Source: Candidatus Obscuribacteraceae bacterium
GTDB lineage: Bacteria; Cyanobacteriota; Vampirovibrionia; Obscuribacterales; Obscuribacteraceae
Direction: 5' to 3'
Assembly: GCA_044226015.1 (NCBI GenBank)
Contig: JBGAHS010000009.1
Coordinates: forward strand, 32,001 to 96,000
DNA: 64,000 bases
A program made the translations under genes and the position numbers. Shown piece after piece: positions 57,122-64,000 of this stretch. Each line of letters starts with the position of its first letter. Position 1 is the stretch's first letter. The notes below the pieces were generated by a model. The model made no database searches. It was not told the DNA's origin and was given only the letters and a program-made list of their open reading frames with translations.

Positions 57122-60100
57122 TCATATTTCATTATTAGCGAGTCTTTCTTCTTCTTGCTCAACTGTGGGACGGCTCGGATTCTCAATCTTGTATCGTCCG
57201 CGCTTTATTCCCATGGTTTGCAAGATGATTGCATTCTTGAGTAGGCGAGCATAGGTGTTGCGTTTGTGGGAATCATTTGAAGATTTCAACTCTTTGATCA
57301 CTGAGAATTGTGATATCGCATATGGTATCGAGAATTCGCTCATTTGAGCACTTGTACCATCGTGCAGTTTCACGGTGTTAGTGTTACGCGCCGCCATACG
57401 CTCACCTGACCACTCGCCGGGTCTGATTGAACTCTTATCGCTGTGAAGTACAATCATCTCTCCTGTTCGAAGCTTGATATTTTGTTTTCCTCTGCGAATT
57501 AATATGTCGCCGTGTTTTTGATCATCGAGAGCCATAATAGAGAGTTTATTGCCATCATTTATCATGAAGGCAAGAGAACCTTTTCGGACTATGATTTTTG
57601 TATTTCCGCAGCTTGCTACGATGTCTTTGTTTCTATCTCCGAGCAAGAGGTTGTCTGCTTTGAGATGTCTTTCGATGAAAGCAATACCCGGTTGAACAAA
57701 GGCTACTGGTCTCATCGTTGTTGAATTTGCTGAAGCAATATCGCGATTTTTCTGCTTCAGGAATCGATTCTGTTTCCGATTAGTACCGACATCATCAGTC
57801 GCATCAGCAGCCCACTCGTCGCTAGTGTCATCCAGATACGCCAGTGTGAATGAGCCTGCTGTTCCTGTAGTTCCACCAAGCCCGGCACCGCCTCCGGTGC
57901 CAGGAGTTCCACCTCCGCCTCCTGCAGCTCCACCAGTGCCACCAGTTCCGGCAATACCAGCGGTAGGAGGCACCTGCTGCAGCACAGGATAGGTGCTGCC
58001 TGTTTTGATTGTGATGTTGCCACCGTTTCCAGAAAGACCGCCGTTTCCGCCGTTACCTCCATTGCCTGTTATGCCGCTCGCTGGCGCGGTTCCGCCATTT
58101 CCACCATTTCCTCCGTTGCCGGAATTTCCGCCGCTTGCCTGGATGAAATTTGTACCGAAGTTGGATGGGTTTTGTGAAACGTTGGCTGTACCTCCATTGC
58201 CTCCGATTCCGCCAGTACCGCCATTGCCACCATTGCCTCCTTTTCCTGTCGCCGCACCGGAGCCGCCAATCCCCCCGTTTCCAGCAACACCTCCTGCGCC
58301 ACCACGCACATCCCATAGCTGAGCTGCGACTGTTGCCGTCACGGTACCACCGACGGTGACTTTGCCACCCGCTCCGCCATTGCCGCCATTGCCACCATTA
58401 CCACCGTTGCCACCAAATACATTGCCGCCGCCATTGGCAGCAGTGGCTCCGCCTCCGCCATTTCCACCGAATGCGGTGATCTGTCCATTGATAGTTACTG
58501 CACCAGAACTTACAACGTTAAGTACACCTCCATTGCCACCAATTCCACCGTCGAGTCCGTTGCCTCCGTTCGAGCCATTGTTCAATAACGCGCTGAAGCT
58601 GGAGCCCACCCTTCCGGAATTGCTGCCACCGGTTCCACCGTTTGCATTTATGGTAGTCACGGTGACAGCACCTGCAGTTAGATTGATGCTGCCGCCATCT
58701 CCACCTGTTGGACTCGGTGATATAGCACCAACCGTTCCTACTTTAACGCCATTTCCATTAGAGCCTGAATTGCCTGAAACTGCTCCACTGTTGCCACCCG
58801 AAGCCGAAATCTTTGCGAAATTTACGCTTCCTGTGCCGCCGTTAAGGGTAACGCTTCCACCTTTTCCGCCATTGCCCGCATTGAGCAAAGCACCACCATT
58901 TCCTCCATTTCCAAACTGAGAACTTCCACCGTTGCCGCCGCCAACTAATAGGTTGCCACCCTTTCCACCATCTAATGCGATTGTGGGGGTACCTGAGATG
59001 CTGATGCCCGCAGCTGTGCTATTTATCGTCAGTGCTCCACCAGCACCGCCTGCACCTGCCTTGCCTGATGAACCACCGTTGCCACCAAGCCCACCGACTG
59101 CGTTGCCACCGTTGCCTCCGCTACCTGAGGCTGCATTGCCGCCACTGCCACCGTTGATCGTGATATTCGATGTGAGCTGGATGGCTCCTGTGCTTGCGGT
59201 GATTGTTACTGTGCCACCTGCTCCGCCGTCACTGGCGTTGCCACCATTGCCGCCGTTGCTGCCATTAGATGTAGCGGCAAGTCCGGCTCCACCTGCTCCA
59301 CCGTTGCCTGCTGTGGCTCCGTTTCCTCCACTTGCAGTAAGAATACCGAGTCCATTAGCCCCATTGGAGAGATTGCCAGCACTGAGAGTGATGCCACCGC
59401 CCTTGCCTCCGACTCCGCTTGATCCAGCGTTTGAGCCTGCGCTAGATATCAGTCCGTCTCCACCCGCACCGCCAGCGCTACCGACGCCAGCGTTGCCGCC
59501 GCTTACATCGATAGTGCCTGCGGGAGCGTTGACTATGCCCGCTGCTGTGTTCGATGCGGTCAGTGTGACACTACCGCCAGCACCGCCGTTTGTAGCGTTG
59601 CTGCCGGCACTCGACAAGCCCGCCTTTCCGGCTCCTGTTCCACTGCCAGCTGCACCGCCGCCGGCACCGTTCGCGCCGCTTCCACCCGTGGCGATGATGC
59701 TGAAGCTACCGGTGTTGAAAGTTATTCCTGTTGCAGAGCTATCAGTGACGCTTATGATGCCGCCATTTCCAGCAGTACCAGCCAAGCCTGCCTTTCCTGC
59801 GTTGCCACCATTACCTACGCCAACGTTGGCTGCAATAATTAGTCCACCTGAGCCGGCTGCACCTGCATTTCCGCCATTTCCGCCGTTTGCCGAGATGCTT
59901 TCGAGCAGTGTGCCCGCAGCAGAGCTGATTGTCAGTGTTCCGCCGGAACCTGCATTGCTGCCATTACCACCAGTTCCGCCGTTGCCACCAAGATTGGTTC
60001 CATTTGCACCGTTGCCTGCAGCACCTCCTTGTGCGCCGTTTGCGCCAGCAATATTGATGACTGAAGCGTTTCCTTGAGTTACTGAACCGCTGGCTGTCAG

Positions 60101-63100
60101 CGTTAAAGCTCCACCGGTTCCCGATAGTCCTGCGTTGCCACCATTACCGCCGTTGCCACCAACTCCGAGTCCTGTTGTCTGCCCCGCAGTGCCACCGATG
60201 CCGCCGATGCCGCCCTGACCGCCCTGGGCGGTGAAGCTTTGCAATGAGATGGTCACGCTTGTGAGGGTTAGTTTTCCTGCTGCGGTTCCTGCGCCACCAG
60301 AACCCGCATTGCCTCCACTACCAGCCTTGTATATTGAGTTGGCAACGTTGCCACCAAAGCCACCATTTCCGCCGAATCCACCTAGCATGGTGATGCTCGT
60401 TCCAGCTACTCCGAAAAGCATGCTGTTTGCGCTTGTTATGGTCAGAACTCCAGGTGCTGACGCTGCACCTCCATTGCCTCCCAGTCCACCGTTGGCGCCA
60501 AATAAAGCTAACTTACTTGCACCGCCTGCGCCACCAGCACCGCCGTTTGCACCAGACACGTCAATATTACAATTGATGTTGGCTATACTCGCAGTTCCAA
60601 GTCCAGTTAAGGTCACTGTGCCGGAAGCACCTGCACTTGCTCCAGCAGCGCCTGCGCCTCCTGCGCCGGCAGTGGCTGTTTGACCGGCAGCCATGCCACC
60701 GCCAGCACCGCCAGCGCCGCCCTTGCCACCCGCTCCGCCGAATGCACGCAGGAAGCTGTCCATGTTCAGTGAAACATTGCCTGCTGCAGCAGTCGCCAGT
60801 CCAGTAATAGAGATAGCCCCTGCTTTTCCGCCGATGCCACCGGCAGTACCATTAGCCCCATTGCCAGCTTTGCCGGTGGTTGTGTTGCCGCCAGCACCGC
60901 CAGCTCCACCTGCTCCACCAGCGCCACCCAGTACTGAGATAGTCTGTCCACCGGGTGCGGTTCCTCGGTTGCCAGTCGAGACCTGTCCAGCGACACCACT
61001 GATGGTGATAGTGCCTGCGGCAGCTCCGGCAGAGCTGGCTCCACCGGCACCACCAGCGCCACCACCTGTCAATCCATTGCCGCCAGCGCCTCCGGCGGCA
61101 CCAGTGCCTCCAGCACCGCCGTCAGCGGCTATGCTGAGTCCGCGGTTAGCGGCGCTTGGTCCTATGGCGATGCCGGCACTCTGCGATGTAGCTGTTAGTT
61201 TAACGAAGCCTGCAGTACCTCCTGTTGCTCCGCTTCCGCCCGCTCCACCGGCTGCGCCGATGAGAGTAGTGCTGGCACTTCCTGTGCCGCCCGCACCACC
61301 GGTGCCACCTCCACCGCCCGATACAGATATCGATGTCTGCCCGGCTGCGGAGTGCTGATAGCTCAAGGTCGCTCCGGTGACTGTCACGCTGCCGCCAGCA
61401 CCGCCTATCGCTCCCTTCCCGCCTGTGCCGCTCTTGCCCGCTGCCAACTCTGCTGACGCACTCGTTCCGACTCCTCCACCGGTACCGCCGGTGCCACCTG
61501 TCGCTAAGGCATCATCGAAGGCGACGGTGCCCGATGCGCCGGTGAGGGTGATGTTGCCGCCTTTGCCGCCGGCACCTCCAGCGCCTCCATTTCCTGACGC
61601 GCCTGAGTTTCCAAACTTGCTCAAAGACGACCCCTGTGCAGCGCCTCCTGTACCTCCGTTACCTCCAAAGGCCGAAGTTGCCGCTGATGTTGAAACGTGG
61701 GTGAGTGTGATGGCCGCCCCCGAGCTCGATGCGCTGATCGATATCGTTCCTCCGGCGCCACCTGCTCCACCGTTGCCGCCATTGCTCGAATTACCGGCAT
61801 TACCACCGGTGTTGCTTATGCCACCTGCGGCTCCGGCACCTCCAGCTCCACCGTTTCCGGCAAAGACAAAAATGATTGGAGTGACTACCGTCGATGTCGA
61901 AGCATCAAAGCTCTTTGAGCTTACAGTAATGCTGCCACCTGATGAGCCACTGCCCCCAGCCGCCGAGAGTCCAGCATTGCCAGCCGTGACTCCGTTAGCC
62001 CCTGCTCCACCGACGCCGCCTTTACCACCGTTCGCGCCTGTAGCGTTGATGTTACAGCTCGGTCCAAGCACTATGCTTGCTGTCGGTGCTGTGATGCTTA
62101 TTTTCCCGCCGAGACCTCCGTTAGATCCTGCGCTGCCGTTGCCTCCTAAACCGCCAAACTGAGAGCCGTCAGCTCCTACGAACAAGCTGGCTCCGCCGTT
62201 TGCTCCGGCACCGCCTGCGCCACCATTGGCGGATATTGAATTGGTCAAGCTGACGGTTGCACCTCCGGCATTGATTGTAATGAGCCCTGCTGCACCTCCG
62301 GCACCAGATGTTCCAGCAGCACCACCGTTCCCCGATTTGTTGAAACTTGAAAAGAGCCCATTGCCACCTGCGCTACCTGCTGAGCCTGCCCCGCCATTGG
62401 CCTGAGCCGCGTTGACCGTAATGTTTCCAGCGGATGCTGTTAATGTAATATTTCCAGCTTTGCCGCCAGCATTGCCTTTGCCTCCTGCACCACCAGCCCC
62501 GCCTGAGCTGTTCAAGGCTGTTTGAGAGTCTGTGCCACCATCTCCACCTGCACCTCCGGCGTTTCCTGCTGAACTGCCACCACTTGTGTTGAAGGTGGCA
62601 CTAGCAACTGTGCCAGATGAGATGCCGCTTGGTGCAGTAACTGCGATAGCTCCTCCGTTCCCGTTGAGTCCAAGTGAGCCTCCGCTACCGCCTTTTCCTC
62701 CACCTGCTCCATTGCCGCCTGCGCCTCCGCTGCCTCCTGTACCGAAGCTAATGCCTCCTACTGCGGATATGGCCAGCCCGACTGCTCCAGTGTTTACAAA
62801 GGATGCTTTGGAATTGATAGTCACGGTGCCACCATTTCCTGCATTGCCTGCGTTGCCTGAATTGCCCCCATTTCCACCGATTTTGGTGTTCGAATCGCCT
62901 CCAGTACCAGCACCCGAGAGGTTGCCGCTGTTTGCGCCGTCAGCAAGGAGGCTGAGCAGACCGCTTCCCGCCGTTGGAGCATAGTCGATGTCGTTAGCCG
63001 TCAGGGTTATTTTGCCACCTGCACCACCCGCGCCCGAAGCTCCAGAGTTTCCTCCATTGCCAGCGGTGATATTTGCACTTCCGGCGTTTCCACCCTGTCC

Positions 63101-64000
63101 AGCATTACCGCCAACGCCACCACTAGCGGAGAAGGCACCTGCAAATACTCCATTCTTGTTTCCAGTCAGAGTTAACTTTCCTGCTGTGTCGGTGATTGTG
63201 ATGCTGCCGCCTATTCCGCCTATGCCGCCTGCTGCTCCGATGCCACCAGCGCCTCCATTCAAGCCGAACTTATTAACTGCTCCGCTTCCGCCGGCAGCTC
63301 CGTTCCCTCCGCCGCCTCCTGCGCCGCCGCTAGTCACTATAGAAGCCAGATTTGAAGCTCCTGCAGCGCTAACTGTGACGCTGCCGCCTTTCCCACCATT
63401 GCCGCCTTTTCCACCATTTCCGCCAAATCCGCCGCTTCCTATGCCATTCGCATTTGCGCCAGTTCCTCCTGAGCCACCAGTGCTGCCGTTTCCACCCGCT
63501 GTCAGAAAGGTTGCGTTTGAAACTGCAGCGGAGTTCACGCTGAGACCTGTCAGGGAGATGATGCCTCCGTCTCCACCGTTAGCGCCCGTCCCCCCAGCAC
63601 CTCCGTTGCCGCCAGCAGCAGCTGTGGCAGAGGTGCTGAAACCACCATTAGTGCCAGCTCCGGCGTTGCCCCCCGAAGCATCGACGTTACGGTTCAGTGT
63701 GATAGTTCCGGCGCTAGATGCGTCGATGGAGATAGTTCCGCCCTTGCCTCCGGCACCTCCATTGCCACCTGTGCCACCATCTCCAGTGCGAGTCAGACCT
63801 AGACCACCTGCACCGGCAGCTCCCGCTGATGCACCTTGACCGCCCTTCGCAAGCAGTGTCGAAGCAAAGGTGACTGTTGGCGTAGTCGAACCAGTTGCTA
63901 CGGTGATGGTTATTTTTCCGCCGGACCCGCCGTTACCTGCAGAACCTCCCGAGCCTCCTTTACCACCCTGCCCGCTAGTGGATTGTCCGGCAAGTCCGCT
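57122..64000 (-). CDS. Giant Gly-rich repetitive surface/adhesin-like protein (5' end outside window)
   Basis: Frame appears open beyond 63538 to the window edge; repeats of GG.GG.GG tracts alternating with short beta-strand motifs (G.ITLT, SA.GG); ~230-aa non-repetitive C-terminal domain. Confidence 0.85.
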   Translation of the reverse strand, partial: SGLAGQSTSGQGGKGGSGGSAGNGGSGGKITITVATGSTTPTVTFASTLLAKGGQGASAGAAGAGGLGLTRTGDGGTGGNGGAGGKGGTISIDASSAGTITLNRNVDASGGNAGAGTNGGFSTSATAAAGGNGGAGGTGANGGDGGIISLTGLSVNSAAVSNATFLTAGGNGSTGGSGGTGANANGIGSGGFGGNGGKGGNGGKGGSVTVSAAGASNLASIVTSGGAGGGGGNGAAGGSGAVNKFGLNGGAGGIGAAGGIGGIGGSITITDTAGKLTLTGNKNGVFAGAFSASGGVGGNAGQGGNAGSANITAGNGGNSGASGAGGAGGKITLTANDIDYAPTAGSGLLSLLADGANSGNLSGAGTGGDSNTKIGGNGGNSGNAGNAGNGGTVTINSKASFVNTGAVGLAISAVGGISFGTGGSGGAGGNGAGGGKGGSGGSLGLNGNGGAIAVTAPSGISSGTVASATFNTSGGSSAGNAGGAGGDGGTDSQTALNSSGGAGGAGGKGNAGGKAGNITLTASAGNITVNAAQANGGAGSAGSAGGNGLFSSFNKSGNGGAAGTSGAGGAAGLITINAGGATVSLTNSISANGGAGGAGANGGASLFVGADGSQFGGLGGNGSAGSNGGLGGKISITAPTASIVLGPSCNINATGANGGKGGVGGAGANGVTAGNAGLSAAGGSGSSGGSITVSSKSFDASTSTVVTPIIFVFAGNGGAGGAGAAGGISNTGGNAGNSSNGGNGGAGGAGGTISISASSSGAAITLTHVSTSAATSAFGGNGGTGGAAQGSSLSKFGNSGASGNGGAGGAGGKGGNITLTGASGTVAFDDALATGGTGGTGGGVGTSASAELAAGKSGTGGKGAIGGAGGSVTVTGATLSYQHSAAGQTSISVSGGGGGTGGAGGTGSASTTLIGAAGGAGGSGATGGTAGFVKLTATSQSAGIAIGPSAANRGLSIAADGGAGGTGAAGGAGGNGLTGGGAGGAGGASSAGAAAGTITISGVAGQVSTGNRGTAPGGQTISVLGGAGGAGGAGGAGGNTTTGKAGNGANGTAGGIGGKAGAISITGLATAAAGNVSLNMDSFLRAFGGAGGKGGAGGAGGGMAAGQTATAGAGGAGAAGASAGASGTVTLTGLGTASIANINCNIDVSGANGGAGGAGGASKLALFGANGGLGGNGGAASAPGVLTITSANSMLFGVAGTSITMLGGFGGNGGFGGNVANSIYKAGSGGNAGSGGAGTAAGKLTLTSVTISLQSFTAQGGQGGIGGIGGTAGQTTGLGVGGNGGNGGNAGLSGTGGALTLTASGSVTQGNASVINIAGANGAQGGAAGNGANGTNLGGNGGTGGNGSNAGSGGTLTISSAAGTLLESISANGGNGGNAGAAGSGGLIIAANVGVGNGGNAGKAGLAGTAGNGGIISVTDSSATGITFNTGSFSIIATGGSGANGAGGGAAGSGTGAGKAGLSSAGSNATNGGAGGSVTLTASNTAAGIVNAPAGTIDVSGGNAGVGSAGGAGGDGLISSAGSNAGSSGVGGKGGGITLSAGNLSNGANGLGILTASGGNGATAGNGGAGGAGLAATSNGSNGGNGGNASDGGAGGTVTITASTGAIQLTSNITINGGSGGNAASGSGGNGGNAVGGLGGNGGSSGKAGAGGAGGALTINSTAAGISISGTPTIALDGGKGGNLLVGGGNGGSSQFGNGGNGGALLNAGNGGKGGSVTLNGGTGSVNFAKISASGGNSGAVSGNSGSNGNGVKVGTVGAISPSPTGGDGGSINLTAGAVTVTTINANGGTGGSNSGRVGSSFSALLNNGSNGGNGLDGGIGGNGGVLNVVSSGAVTINGQITAFGGNGGGGATAANGGGNVFGGNGGNGGNGGNGGAGGKVTVGGTVTATVAAQLWDVRGGAGGVAGNGGIGGSGAATGKGGNGGNGGTGGIGGNGGTANVSQNPSNFGTNFIQASGGNSGNGGNGGNGGTAPASGITGNGGNGGNGGLSGNGGNITIKTGSTYPVLQQVPPTAGIAGTGGTGGAAGGGGGTPGTGGGAGLGGTTGTAGSFTLAYLDDTSDEWAADATDDVGTNRKQNRFLKQKNRDIASANSTTMRPVAFVQPGIAFIERHLKADNLLLGDRNKDIVASCGNTKIIVRKGSLAFMINDGNKLSIMALDDQKHGDILIRRGKQNIKLRTGEMIVLHSDKSSIRPGEWSGERMAARNTNTVKLHDGTSAQMSEFSIPYAISQFSVIKELKSSNDSHKRNTYARLLKNAIILQTMGIKRGRYKIENPSRPTVEQEEERLANNEI

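Noticed and set aside
57993..63839. Pro-rich plus-strand ORFs
   Set aside because: Antisense shadows of the Gly-rich gene (GGN codons read as Pro on the other strand)

Overview
Gene-dense bacterial chromosomal window of moderate GC. I found no rRNA, convincing tRNA, CRISPR array, transposase or integrase. Housekeeping and metabolic genes include rplS-rbgA-rnhB, nrdR, a DAHP synthase, PBP1A, MlaE/MlaD, an ArnT-like glycosyltransferase, MATE, DAACS and APC transporters, acyl-CoA dehydrogenase, a CoA-transferase plus ScpB, and a CobT of the cyanobacterial/archaeal type. Signalling genes include a CHASE3 hybrid kinase with CheR, a degenerate REC-GGDEF, a LuxR HTH and an MshEN-like protein. The gene mix and style suggest a non-photosynthetic cyanobacterial relative (Melainabacteria/Obscuribacterales-like); this is inference only. 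The most notable region is ~40-64 kb. It has two copies of a small exported VirB2/TrbC-like hairpin protein whose last 108 aa are identical despite heavy silent divergence. Each copy has its own terminator and a shared upstream GGTCA motif repeated at 11-bp spacing. Nearby are several signal-peptide-less, effector-like proteins with similar charged N-terminal leaders (ChaN/EreA-like, protealysin-like M4 protease, a CxxCH protein, orphans). A >2290-aa Gly-rich surface-type protein with a non-barrel C-terminal domain runs off the right edge. All family calls are from motif recognition, not database searches.
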